From contig CAVQJN010000002.1 of assembly GCA_963712855.1 (NCBI GenBank), forward strand, positions 804,405-868,404: a DNA stretch of 64,000 bases, read 5' to 3'. The stretch is from Thermoanaerobaculia bacterium. GTDB taxonomy: Bacteria > Acidobacteriota > Thermoanaerobaculia > Multivoradales > JAGPDF01. Positions 31,660 through 40,758 of the stretch are shown here, in pieces. Each line of letters opens with the position of its first letter. Within the stretch, counting starts at the first letter, position 1. A program made the position numbers and the translations under genes. Under the pieces are notes generated by a model. It did not search any database. It was not told the DNA's origin and saw only the letters and a program-made list of their open reading frames with translations.

Positions 31660-33406
31660 CGTTCTCGGAGGGGTCGCGGGCGAAGATGCGCCAGGTGACG
31701 ACCTTCTCGTCGATCTCGCGGAGGCGCTTGGCGATCAGTCGGCAGAGCAGCTTGACGAACTCGAGCGAGGCAGCGGGGTCGAGGGCGAGCATCTCCTGGA
31801 TGGTCGCCTGATCGAGCGCCAGGACGGTGACCGGACCGTCGTGGGCGCGCGCGTCGGCCGAGCGCGGCTCGCCGTCGATGAGCGACATCTCGCCGAAGAA
31901 ATCGCCGCGCTCGAGGATCGCCAGCGCCTCCTCGCCGCCACCGGGGATGTACTTCGAGATCAATACCTTGCCCTCGAGGATGACATACATCTCGTGGCCT
32001 TCGTCGCCTTCCTCGAACAGGGCGCTGCCGGCGGCGAAGCGGGCTTCGCGCGAGAAGGTGGCGAGGGTGGTGAGCTCCTTGCCGGAAAGTCCCTGCTCGC
32101 GCAGCACACGGACCTTGTCGTCCGTCGGGACCTCGACCTCCCCGCTCTCGCGCTCGCGCCGCAGACGGAGGAAGTTCTCCGGCTGCTTCTCGGCGGAGAA
32201 GAAGGTCCTCAGCTGCTCGTTGGTGGCACGCAGCTTGGCGGCCAGACCGTGCCAGAGACCCCAGTAGATCTGCACGCCGAACTCCGCCCACGCCGCCGAC
32301 TTCTCCGCCACCGTCGCGCCGGCGAAGCGGAGCAGCCGCGACGACTTGAGAGCGACCGCGTCGGCGCTGCGATTGCCGAGGGTGATGAAGCCGACCTCGC
32401 CGAAGAGGGCGCCCGGCTTGAGGAGCGCGAGGGGAAAGGTCCCGTAACCGGTGGTGCGTTGAACCGAGATCTCGCCCTCCTCGAGCAGGTAGAAGTCGGC
32501 ACCCTCCTCACCGTGGACAAAGAGCTGGGTGCCCGCCGGCACCGCTTCTTCGGTGACCGCGGACGAAAGCGCGAACACCTGCTCGTCGGTCAGATGGGCC
32601 CAGGTCTCGGCACGGCGCAATCGGCTGGCGATGGTCAACCGGCCGCCCGGAGGCTCGACCGAAGTGGAGGCGAGGGATTCGGCCAGAGCGTCGGCGCTAC
32701 GGAAGCGCTCCCGTCGCCACTGTAGCCGGTCGAACGCGATGTGGAGCTCTTCTTCGCGTTCACGGAAGAGCGCCACGACGTCGGAGCTCTGCCAACCGAG
32801 GAGCTGGCGCAGGGTGCGGATACGTCGGCGTAGCTTGAGGGCGTGGTCGTCGTCGGTCGGCGGCAGCAGGAGGAAGGCGTCGATGGTCGCCGACATGCCG
32901 TCCTGGTATTGCTTGCGTTCGTACTCGACCTGACCGAGCAGCTCGGCCGCTTCGCGATCGAAGGGGTTGAAGCGCAGCGCCTTGCGAAGGTAGCCGGCGG
33001 CGGCGTCGAAGTCCTGCAAGCGGAAGTGGATCCGTCCGGCGAGCTTGTGGTTCGCGGGATCGATGCCGTCCTTGGCGCGTGCGAGGTCGAGGCACTCGAG
33101 GGAGGGGAACTCCTCGCCGCGCTCGGCGTAGAGCCAAGCCAGACCCACGTAGTGCGACGCGTCGATCGAGGCGCGACGCATCTCGTCGCGAATCTGATCG
33201 CCGAGGTCCTTTCCCGGGGTGTGGACCACGGTGCGCCGCAGCTTGCGTAGTCGCGCGATGGCGAGGCGAACTCCGAGATCGTTGGGTGAAAGCCGGAGCG
33301 CCACCTGGAAGAGCTCGAGTGCCTCGTCGTAGCTCTTGCCGGCCGCGAACCGGCGGGCGAGCTCGACGAGCTCCTGGACGTCGGGTGCGGGGGCGGAAGT
33401 GGGCAT
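31649..33406 (-). CDS. TPR plus tandem cyclic-nucleotide-binding-domain protein
   Basis: The N-terminus has TPR-like helices. There are two cNMP-binding-type segments (LFVHGEEGADFYLLEEGEISV...FGEVGF...RSADAVAL, and LFEEGDEGHEMYVILEGKV...FFGEMSLIDGEPRSADARA). Confidence 0.8.
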   Translation of the reverse strand: MPTSAPAPDVQELVELARRFAAGKSYDEALELFQVALRLSPNDLGVRLAIARLRKLRRTVVHTPGKDLGDQIRDEMRRASIDASHYVGLAWLYAERGEEFPSLECLDLARAKDGIDPANHKLAGRIHFRLQDFDAAAGYLRKALRFNPFDREAAELLGQVEYERKQYQDGMSATIDAFLLLPPTDDDHALKLRRRIRTLRQLLGWQSSDVVALFREREEELHIAFDRLQWRRERFRSADALAESLASTSVEPPGGRLTIASRLRRAETWAHLTDEQVFALSSAVTEEAVPAGTQLFVHGEEGADFYLLEEGEISVQRTTGYGTFPLALLKPGALFGEVGFITLGNRSADAVALKSSRLLRFAGATVAEKSAAWAEFGVQIYWGLWHGLAAKLRATNEQLRTFFSAEKQPENFLRLRRERESGEVEVPTDDKVRVLREQGLSGKELTTLATFSREARFAAGSALFEEGDEGHEMYVILEGKVLISKYIPGGGEEALAILERGDFFGEMSLIDGEPRSADARAHDGPVTVLALDQATIQEMLALDPAASLEFVKLLCRLIAKRLREIDEKVVTWRIFARDPSENVSA

Positions 33407-33455
33407 CGCGGGAGATCGATCCCCCCATTACGAGGTGGTGACGGCAAAGTGTAAC

Positions 33456-33953
33456 ATGCGGCAAGCAATGGTCCGATTACGCCCCGAGCTGCTCGACCTG
33501 GCGGAAGAAGGACTCGGCCTCTGCCGGCAAGGCGACTGGAAGAAGGGGTTGCCCATCCTGGCGAGCGTGCTCGAGAACCGCTGGCCGGGCGAGGACGCGC
33601 CCGGCGTCCTCTACTCCTTCCTGGGCTACGGGGTGGCGCGTTTCCAGAAGCAGGTCCGCGAGGGGATCAAGCTCTGCGAGCACGCGATCAAGCTCGAGTT
33701 CTACGAGGCCGACAACCACTTCAACATGGCCCGCGTGCTGGTGCTCGATGGCGATCGCAAGGCGGCATACGCCAGTATCGAGCGAGGGCTCAAGCTTCAT
33801 CCCGGACATCCCGGCCTGATCGAGCTGCAGCACGAGATCGGGGAGCGCAAGCGTCCGGTGCTGCACTTTCTCGATCGCGACCACCCGCTGAACGTTCTTC
33901 TGGGCCGTCTCCGTCATTCGTTCAAGGGAGAGCCCACCAGTCCTCGTGGCTGA
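33456..33953 (+). CDS. Hypothetical TPR-like protein
   Basis: The ATG at 33456 lies within ORF 33336..33953. It has helical-repeat character (YEADNHFNMARVLVLDGDRKAAYASIERGLKLHPGHP). Confidence 0.5.
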   Translation: MRQAMVRLRPELLDLAEEGLGLCRQGDWKKGLPILASVLENRWPGEDAPGVLYSFLGYGVARFQKQVREGIKLCEHAIKLEFYEADNHFNMARVLVLDGDRKAAYASIERGLKLHPGHPGLIELQHEIGERKRPVLHFLDRDHPLNVLLGRLRHSFKGEPTSPRG

Positions 33954-33983
33954 CGCGCTCCGTTCGCCTGGATCCACCCGGTC

Positions 33984-34571
33984 TTGAGTCTCGGATTGCC
34001 GCTGGTCTTCCGTCTGCCGGCAGCCGCCGTGTACTGGCCCGTGCATCTATGGGCGTTCTGGCCCGAGATGAAGCTCGCCCGGCGAGGATGGGTCGAGCCC
34101 TCGAACGAGGACGCCGGGAGCTTGACCAGGATTCTCGCCGCGACATCGCTCGGCTACGTGCTGGCGGTCGCGCTGGCCGGACTGCCGTGGGGACGCGCCA
34201 CCGCGGCCCGGGCGCTGCTCGGATGTGGACTGGCCGGAATCGTCGGCGCGAGCCTCCTGAGGAGATTCTGCATGCGCAGCCTGGGAGAGGAGTTTCGCGC
34301 CGCGGTGCGGACTCGCACCGGGCAATCTCTCGTCGAACACGGCCTTTACCGGCGGGTACGCCATCCCTCCTACACGGCGGCGATTCTGCTGCTGGGCTCG
34401 GTGGGCTTGGCGCTGGGAAGTTGGCTCAGCGCAGCGACGATGCTGGGGGTCGCCTGCGTGGTCTACCGGCACCGTCAACGAGTCGAGGAACGGGCGCTGC
34501 TGGCCCGATTCGGCGAGCGTTACCGGCGCTACATGCGGCGCACCTGGGCGTTCGTGCCCTTCCTCTTCTGA
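33984..34571 (+). CDS. Isoprenylcysteine carboxyl methyltransferase (ICMT)/phospholipid methyltransferase family membrane protein
   Basis: It has multiple TM segments, and LVEHGLYRRVRHPSYTAAILL...EERALLARFGERYRRYMRRT is the family signature. Confidence 0.75.
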   Translation: MSLGLPLVFRLPAAAVYWPVHLWAFWPEMKLARRGWVEPSNEDAGSLTRILAATSLGYVLAVALAGLPWGRATAARALLGCGLAGIVGASLLRRFCMRSLGEEFRAAVRTRTGQSLVEHGLYRRVRHPSYTAAILLLGSVGLALGSWLSAATMLGVACVVYRHRQRVEERALLARFGERYRRYMRRTWAFVPFLF

Positions 34572-34586
34572 AGGCCCGGACCCGGG

Positions 34587-35495
34587 TCAGCCGAAACGGC
34601 CGGTGATGTAGTCCTCGGTCCGCTTCACGCGGGGCGTGGTCATCACGGTCTGGGTATGGTCGAACTCGACGAGCTCGCCCAGGTAGAGGAAAGCGACGTA
34701 ATCCGAGATCCGCGCCGCCTGCTGCAGGTTGTGGGTGACGATCGCGACCGTGTATTCGGCGGCGAGCTCGAGAATCAGCTCCTCGATCGCGGCGGTCGCG
34801 ATCGGGTCGAGCGCCGAGGTCGGCTCGTCGAGCAACAGGACCTCCGGCCGGACCGCGATCGCGCGCGCCATGCAGAGCCGCTGTTGTTGTCCGCCCGAGA
34901 GTCCGCGGCCGGTCTGCTTCAACTTGTCCTTGACCTCGTCCCAAAGGGCGGCCTTGCGGAGCGCCCACTCCACCCGCTCCGCCATCTGCGAGGGACGGAG
35001 ACGCTCATAGAGACGCACTCCGAAGGCGATGTTGTCGTAGATCGACATCGGGAAGGGCGTCGGCGCCTGGAAGACCATGCCGACCTTGCGGCGCAGCAGA
35101 TTGAGGTCGTACCTGGGATCGAGCACGTTCTCGCCGTCGAGGAGCACCCGTCCTACGGCGCGCTGGCGGGGATAGAGCTCGAACATCCGGTTCATGGTCC
35201 GGAGCAGGGTCGACTTGCCGCAACCCGAGGGGCCGATGAATGCGGTGACCTTGCGCGAATGGACCGGCAGGCTGATTCCCTTGAGGGCCTCGTGGGCGCC
35301 ATAGAAGAAGTGGAGATCCTCGACCACGATTCGCTGTTCGAGAGAGTGCGCGCCGGCGTCCGATCTCCCGACTGGATTCCTGGCGTCCGCGTCCTCCGTG
35401 GCGGGTCGCCGGGCCTCCTCCGTCGCGCCATCGCGGGCACCCGTGGCGGAGTCGGAGTGCGAGGAGTCGGGATCGAGCATGCTGGCCATGGTCAA
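34587..35495 (-). CDS. pstB: Phosphate ABC transporter ATP-binding protein
   Basis: Walker A is [41 protein letters not shown] and [12 protein letters not shown] are present. The N-terminal extension leaves the start uncertain. Confidence 0.9.
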   Translation of the reverse strand: MTMASMLDPDSSHSDSATGARDGATEEARRPATEDADARNPVGRSDAGAHSLEQRIVVEDLHFFYGAHEALKGISLPVHSRKVTAFIGPSGCGKSTLLRTMNRMFELYPRQRAVGRVLLDGENVLDPRYDLNLLRRKVGMVFQAPTPFPMSIYDNIAFGVRLYERLRPSQMAERVEWALRKAALWDEVKDKLKQTGRGLSGGQQQRLCMARAIAVRPEVLLLDEPTSALDPIATAAIEELILELAAEYTVAIVTHNLQQAARISDYVAFLYLGELVEFDHTQTVMTTPRVKRTEDYITGRFG

Positions 35496-36361
35496 GTATG
35501 CCTCTCCTGCCTGAACATCGCCCGAGCGACGATGTTGAGCGTCAGCACGCCGAGGGTGATCAGCAGCGCTCCCGCCCAGGCCAGATGTTGCCAGTCGTCA
35601 TAGGGGCTCATGGCGAATTGGAAGATGACGACCGGAAGATTCGCCATCGGACGGCTCATGTTGGTGCTCCAGAATTGATTGTTCAGTGCTGTGAAGAGCA
35701 GCGGGGCCGTCTCGCCGCTGATCCGCGCCACGGCGAGCAGGATCCCCGTGATGATGCCGGAGCGCGCAGCCCGGTAGGTGATGAGCGTAATCACTTTCCA
35801 ACGGGGAGCGCCCAGCGCCGCGGCGGCCTCGCGCAGACTGTTGGGAACCAGTCGCAGCATGTCCTCCGTAGTGCGCACCACGATCGGGATCGCGATCACG
35901 GTCAGCGCGAGGACGCCTGCCCAGGCCGAGAAGTGCTTCGTGGTCGCGACCAGGATGACGTAAGCGAACAGGCCGACGACGATCGAGGGCGCGGAGAGCA
36001 GGACGTCGCTCACGAAGCGTGCGGTCGACGCGAGGCGGCCGCTCTTGCCGTACTCGGCGAGGTAGGTCGCCGCCAGGACACCGATCGGAGTGGCAATCAG
36101 GATCGCAGTGCCGGTCATCAGGAGGCTGCCGACGATCGCATTGAGGAGCCCGCCGTCGCTGCCCGGAGGAGGCGTGTTCTGTGTGAAGACCTGCAACTTC
36201 AAGCCGCCCAATCCTCGCGCGCCGAGCGTCCACAGGATCCAGATCAGGGCCATGAGGCCGATTCCGGTGGCCACCAGCGAGAGCCCCAGCGCGAGGGCGT
36301 TGAGAATCTTGCGCCGCACGTAGATCGGATTGCGCCGCGAGATCGGCGGACTCGCGGCCAT
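35492..36361 (-). CDS. pstA: Phosphate ABC transporter permease PstA
   Basis: The ATG at 36361 (plus strand reads cat at 36359-36361) overlaps the pstC stop. [14 protein letters not shown] and GETAPLLFT are typical PstA motifs. Confidence 0.9.
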   Translation of the reverse strand: MAASPPISRRNPIYVRRKILNALALGLSLVATGIGLMALIWILWTLGARGLGGLKLQVFTQNTPPPGSDGGLLNAIVGSLLMTGTAILIATPIGVLAATYLAEYGKSGRLASTARFVSDVLLSAPSIVVGLFAYVILVATTKHFSAWAGVLALTVIAIPIVVRTTEDMLRLVPNSLREAAAALGAPRWKVITLITYRAARSGIITGILLAVARISGETAPLLFTALNNQFWSTNMSRPMANLPVVIFQFAMSPYDDWQHLAWAGALLITLGVLTLNIVARAMFRQERHT

Positions 36362-37374
36362 CAGGCCGCCTTGCCTTGTCGGGCCTCGAGCCGGTGCAGC
36401 ATCCACTTCGAGAACGCGATGACGACGAAAGTAATGACGAACAGGATCAGGCCCAGTCCGATCAACGACGAAGTGTAGAGGTCTCCCACCGCTTCGGTGA
36501 ATTCGTTGGCCAGGGTCGAGGAGATCGTGCTGCCCGGCATGAAGAGCGAGGCGCTCAGGTCGTGCGCATTTCCGATCACGAAGGTCACCGCCATGGTCTC
36601 GCCCATCGCCCGGCCGAGGCCGAGCATGATGCCACCGGCGACGCCGACCCGCGTGTAGGGAAGGACGATGTGCCAGGTGACCTCCCAGGTGGTCGAGCCC
36701 AGCGCGTAGCTCGATTCCTTGAGGACGGCCGGGACGGTCTCGAAGACGTCGCGCATCACGGACGAGATGAAGGGAATGATCATGATGGCGAGGATGATGC
36801 TGGCCGTGAAGATTCCGATGCCGAGCGGCGGACCCTGGAAGAAGCGGCCCACCAGCGGCAGGCCTCCGAGGTGATCGGTGGCCCAGGGTTGAAAGTGGTC
36901 GGCGAGGAAGGGCGCGACCACGAACAGACCCCACATGCCGAAGATGATGCTCGGGATCGCGGCCAGCAGCTCGACCGCGGTGGACAACGGCCGGCGGAGC
37001 CAGCGCGGGCAGAGCTCGGTGACGAACAGCGCGATGCCGAACGAGATCGGCACGCCGAAAAGCAGCGCGATCGCGGAGGTGATCAGGGTGCCGTAGATGG
37101 TGGTCAGGGCCCCGAATCGCTCGGTCACTGGATTCCAGGCGCGGCCGATGACGAAGCCGAAGCCGAACTTGCGCAGGGCCGGCCAAGCGCCGTCCACGAG
37201 GGTGAGCAGGAGTGCCGCCATCACGAGGAGAACGAACACCGCGAAGAAGCGAGTCGTGCCGCGGAAAAGGCGATCCGCGATTCGCGTCGAACGGGCGCTC
37301 GACGGCGCGGTCGTGGCCGGGGAAACCGATTCCGTATCGGAGGGTGCGTCGCTGTTCGGCGGAACGAGATTCAA
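36361..37374 (-). CDS. pstC: Phosphate ABC transporter permease PstC
   Basis: [13 protein letters not shown] and [10 protein letters not shown] motifs are present. The start is proposed at the TTG at 37374. The ORF track extends to 37785, which would overlap pstS, so the start is uncertain. Confidence 0.8.
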   Translation of the reverse strand: MNLVPPNSDAPSDTESVSPATTAPSSARSTRIADRLFRGTTRFFAVFVLLVMAALLLTLVDGAWPALRKFGFGFVIGRAWNPVTERFGALTTIYGTLITSAIALLFGVPISFGIALFVTELCPRWLRRPLSTAVELLAAIPSIIFGMWGLFVVAPFLADHFQPWATDHLGGLPLVGRFFQGPPLGIGIFTASIILAIMIIPFISSVMRDVFETVPAVLKESSYALGSTTWEVTWHIVLPYTRVGVAGGIMLGLGRAMGETMAVTFVIGNAHDLSASLFMPGSTISSTLANEFTEAVGDLYTSSLIGLGLILFVITFVVIAFSKWMLHRLEARQGKAA

Positions 37375-37468
37375 GGCCTGCCCCGAGTCACCAAAAGGAG
37401 CGGCTCCCGGGACCCGGAAGCCGCTCTCCAAAGGTTGACAGATCGAGTCGCGTTTGGCGAGCCGAGAC

Positions 37469-38521
37469 TCAGTTGCCGGTCCAGACCGGCTGTCCGCCGA
37501 TCTTGATCGCGGACTTCCAGACGTCCTCGACGAGCTGGACGACCGAATCCGGTACCGGGACGTAGTCGAGCGACTCGGCCATGCGGTCCCCGTTGGCGTA
37601 TGCCCAGTCGAAGAACTTGAGCACGCCGTGTGCTGTGTCGGCGTTCGTCTGGTTCTTGTGGAAGAGGATGAAGGTGGCGCCGGTGATCGGCCAGCTGGTG
37701 GCGCCGGGCTGATCGGTGAGGAGAAGATAGAAGCCGGGTGCGTGCGCCCAGTCGGCGTTCGCCGCGGCCGCTTGGAAGGATTCACTCGACGGCGCGACGA
37801 AGTGGCCGGCGCTGTTCTTCAGCAGCACGTTGGCCATCTTGTTCTGTAGCGCGTAGGCGTATTCGACGTAACCGATGGCGCCGTTGATGCGGCCCGTATA
37901 GGCGGCAACGCCCTCGTTGCCCTTGCCACCCACCCCGGTCGGCCAATCGACCGAGGTGTTCTCGCCGACCTTGGCCTTCCACTGCGGGCTGACCTGCGAG
38001 AGGTAGTGGGTGAAGATGAAGGTCGTGCCCGAGCCGTCGGCGCGGTGGACGACCGAGATCGTCTGGCTGGGTAGTGGAACGCCCGGATTGAGCTTCACGA
38101 GCGCGGGATCGTTCCACTTGGTGATCTTGCCGAGGAAGATGTCGGCGAGGGTGGCTCCGTCGAGGCGGATCTGACCGGCCGAGATGCCCTTGATGTTGAC
38201 CACCGGCACGACGCCGCCCATCACCGTCGGCCACTGGATGAGACCGTCAGCGTCGAGCTTCTCCGGGGTGAGCGGCATGTCGGAGGCGCCGAAATCCACC
38301 GTCTTGGCCTCGATCTGCTTGATGCCTCCGCCGGAGCCGATCGATTGGTAGTTGAGTCCGATGCCGGTCTGGTCCTTGTAGGCCTGAGCCCATTTGGCGT
38401 AGATCGGATAGGGGAACGTGGCGCCGGCGCCGTTCAGATCGACGGCGAGCGCGGGCGCGACGAGGGTCGCGGCCGTCAGCAGGGAGGCGAACAGCGAGAG
38501 CTTCGAGGTGTGTCGCTTCAT
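37469..38521 (-). CDS. pstS: Phosphate-binding protein PstS
   Basis: The ATG at 38521 is preceded by AGGAGG (plus strand tcctcc at 38531-38536). A signal peptide is followed by GAGATFPYPIYAKWAQAY. Confidence 0.9.
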   Translation of the reverse strand: MKRHTSKLSLFASLLTAATLVAPALAVDLNGAGATFPYPIYAKWAQAYKDQTGIGLNYQSIGSGGGIKQIEAKTVDFGASDMPLTPEKLDADGLIQWPTVMGGVVPVVNIKGISAGQIRLDGATLADIFLGKITKWNDPALVKLNPGVPLPSQTISVVHRADGSGTTFIFTHYLSQVSPQWKAKVGENTSVDWPTGVGGKGNEGVAAYTGRINGAIGYVEYAYALQNKMANVLLKNSAGHFVAPSSESFQAAAANADWAHAPGFYLLLTDQPGATSWPITGATFILFHKNQTNADTAHGVLKFFDWAYANGDRMAESLDYVPVPDSVVQLVEDVWKSAIKIGGQPVWTGN

Positions 38522-38589
38522 TTGAGTTACTCCTCCTTGAGAGGGTGGTTGCGAATGGGCCCTTCGTTCAGGAGAAGTATCTGAAGCGG

Positions 38590-38609
38590 CTGTCACAACG
38601 CTGTGACAG
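38590..38609. promoter_or_regulatory. Pho-box-like element upstream of pstS
   Basis: CTGTCAC-AACG-CTGTGAC(AG): two 7-nt repeats with an 11-nt period resembling the E. coli Pho box half-site CTGTCAT. It is also a palindrome (CTGTCAC/GTGACAG). It lies 69-88 nt upstream of the pstS start. Confidence 0.55.
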
Positions 38610-38686
38610 CGCGGGGGAGATCCGGCAACCCGTGACGGGTGAGGGTCCTTTGGGGGGAGCGAGCCGGTCGGCTCCGGCGCCCCGGC

Positions 38687-39364
38687 TCAGTTCGCCTGGA
38701 CGACCTCGTCCCGGCCGCCGTGGCGGATGTCGCGGCCCTCGACGAAAAAGACGACGTCCTCGCCGATGTTGGTGGCGTGGTCGGCGATGCGCTCGTAGTT
38801 GCGTGCGATGAGCAGCAGGTGGAGCGCCCGGGTGATGTTCTTCGGGTCTTCCGCCATGTAGCTCACCAGCTCGCGGAAGAGCTGTTTGTAGAGGCCGTCC
38901 ACCTCGTCGTCGCGCTTGCAGACGTCGAGGGCCGCCCGGGCGTCGCGGCGCACGAAGCTGTCGAGAGCGTCGCGCACCATCTCCTGGGTGATCTGGGCGA
39001 GACGCGGCAGGTCGATGTAAGGCTTGAGCGGTGGCTCCTGGTTGAGGACCTCCGCGGCCTGCGCCACGTTGACCGCCGAATCGCCCATGCGCTCGAGATC
39101 GGTGGCGATCTTCATCGTCGAGACGAGGAAGCGCATGTCGACGGCCATCGGCTGTTGCAGCGCCAGGGTGCGGCTGCACAAGCTGTCGATCTCCTTCTGC
39201 AGCGCGTCGACCTCGTCGTCGGTGCGGACGACCGAGTTCAGGCGTTTGGGGTCGCGTTCGACGAGTCCCTGCATGGCCTCGCGAAGTTGCCGTTCGACCA
39301 GGCCGCCCATGCGCAGCAGGGTCTTGCGAATCTGTTCGAGCTCTTGGTCGCGATGACGTTCCAT
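38687..39364 (-). CDS. phoU: Phosphate signalling complex protein PhoU
   Basis: A 225-aa protein with duplicated PhoU repeats (DDEVDALQKEI..., ERIADHATNIGEDVVF). It lies upstream of pstS on the same strand. Confidence 0.9.
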   Translation of the reverse strand: MERHRDQELEQIRKTLLRMGGLVERQLREAMQGLVERDPKRLNSVVRTDDEVDALQKEIDSLCSRTLALQQPMAVDMRFLVSTMKIATDLERMGDSAVNVAQAAEVLNQEPPLKPYIDLPRLAQITQEMVRDALDSFVRRDARAALDVCKRDDEVDGLYKQLFRELVSYMAEDPKNITRALHLLLIARNYERIADHATNIGEDVVFFVEGRDIRHGGRDEVVQAN

Positions 39365-39406
39365 GTCTTGTTTCCCATGATAGCGCCGGGAGGGCCGGGC
39401 CCGGCT

Positions 39407-39443
39407 AAAAAAGGGGGAGGCCCCGGTGCTGGCGGGCCTCCCC
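39407..39443 (-). terminator. Rho-independent terminator downstream of the porin gene
   Basis: The minus strand reads GGGGAGGCCC-(loop)-GGGCCTCCCC followed by TTTTTT (plus strand A6 at 39407-39412). It lies between the porin stop (39506) and the phoU start (39364). Confidence 0.75.
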
Positions 39444-39505
39444 GACCCGTGGGAGGTGGTTCGCGTTGGGCCGTGACCGCTCGCGCGGCCGCGGCCGGGG
39501 AGGCG

Positions 39506-40588
39506 TCAGAAGTTGTAGACGACCCAGACGCCGACTTCGTTGTATTTGCCCTTGGCGCCGGCGATCGAGGAGCCGATGGTGCCGTTGCTGGTGCCCTGCG
39601 ATCCGCCCTTCACCTCGGCGTACTTGTAGGCCAGGCTGCCGGCGAACACCCGGTTGAACTGCTTCTGGATGCCGACGTTGTAGTAGGTGAACGTCTTGCC
39701 GGGGGCCAGGTCCTTGCTCGGCTTGGCGTCGTCGTAGCGCGCGAAGATCGTCAGGCTCTCGGCGGGGGCATAGTGCGCCCAGATCGAGTAGCCGTCGGCC
39801 TTGTCGGTCTCCGGGGTGGTGACGTTCTTGAAGTTCTTGGCCTCGAACCACTCGCCGCCGATTCCGAACGGGCCGCTCTTCCAGTTGACCAGCGCCTGGG
39901 TGCGTGTCGCGGTGTGCAGGGCGGGGGAGGCCGTCGCCGTGTCCTTGCCGAGCTTGCCGCTGTAGCCGCCGACTGCGAGGGTCAGACCCTGGACCGGCTC
40001 GAAGTCGATGCGGCCCTCGAAGTCGACCGAGTTGCTGCGCGTCGGATCGCTGTAGCCGCGGCCGTTGATGGCGCTGACCTGGTAGCCGACCTTGCCGCCG
40101 GCGAGCTTGCCGAGGACGTGGACGCCCCAGTCGGCCGAGGTGCCGAGGCCGAGCGAGTCGGTGATCGTGTTCTCGAGGTAGCGCATTCCGTACTGCCCTT
40201 CGGCGAACGGAATCCAGGGCGTGTCGGCCGAGCCGAGGCGCACCGTGAGGGCGTCCGAGAAGTGGCCCTGCAGGTAGGCCTTCTTGACGAAGACGTCGTA
40301 GCGCTTGGCGCCGTGATCGCCGATGTCGGATTGGAACTGCGCCGACCAGGTGCTGTTGATCTTGTGGGTGACCGTGAAGTAGAAGCGTTTCACGTCGGTG
40401 CCGATGCCGCTGTCCGAGCTCTTGGTCCCGGTGCCGTCGTCCTTGATCTCCTTGCTCGTGAAATCGGCATAGAGACGGCCTTGGATCTTGGTGGCGGACT
40501 CGTCGTTGGACTGTGCCGAGGCGACCTGGGTCCCGATCGGCAGGGCGATCAGGACGAGGCCGGCGGCGAGAACTTGCTTACACATCAT
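39506..40588 (-). CDS. Outer-membrane beta-barrel porin (possibly phosphate-selective, by context)
   Basis: It has a signal peptide, alternating beta-strand pattern and a C-terminal ...VWVVYNF. A strong RBS (GAGGAGGAG) is present. The Pho-regulon context and an upstream Pho-box-like element support the phosphate link, but substrate selectivity is not shown. Confidence 0.7.
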   Translation of the reverse strand: MMCKQVLAAGLVLIALPIGTQVASAQSNDESATKIQGRLYADFTSKEIKDDGTGTKSSDSGIGTDVKRFYFTVTHKINSTWSAQFQSDIGDHGAKRYDVFVKKAYLQGHFSDALTVRLGSADTPWIPFAEGQYGMRYLENTITDSLGLGTSADWGVHVLGKLAGGKVGYQVSAINGRGYSDPTRSNSVDFEGRIDFEPVQGLTLAVGGYSGKLGKDTATASPALHTATRTQALVNWKSGPFGIGGEWFEAKNFKNVTTPETDKADGYSIWAHYAPAESLTIFARYDDAKPSKDLAPGKTFTYYNVGIQKQFNRVFAGSLAYKYAEVKGGSQGTSNGTIGSSIAGAKGKYNEVGVWVVYNF

Positions 40589-40714
40589 TTTCTCCTCCTC
40601 CGAAGCGAGGTCGAAATCCGGGGTTTCCCGGCGGCCGGCGCGGCGGAGCGCGGGGCCACCGTCGGATCGAGGAGAACTCTAGGTGTCGGGCCTGGTCGGA
40701 GCCGCGACGGGGAT

Positions 40715-40732
40715 GTGACAGGCGTGAGACAG
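40715..40732 (-). promoter_or_regulatory. Pho-box-like element upstream of the porin gene
   Basis: The minus strand reads CTGTCTC-ACGC-CTGTCAC, two direct 7-mers with a 4-nt spacer, in the same orientation as the porin gene and 127-144 nt upstream of its ATG. Confidence 0.55.
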
Positions 40733-40758
40733 GCGGTCCGGCGCCCGCCGCCCGGCTT

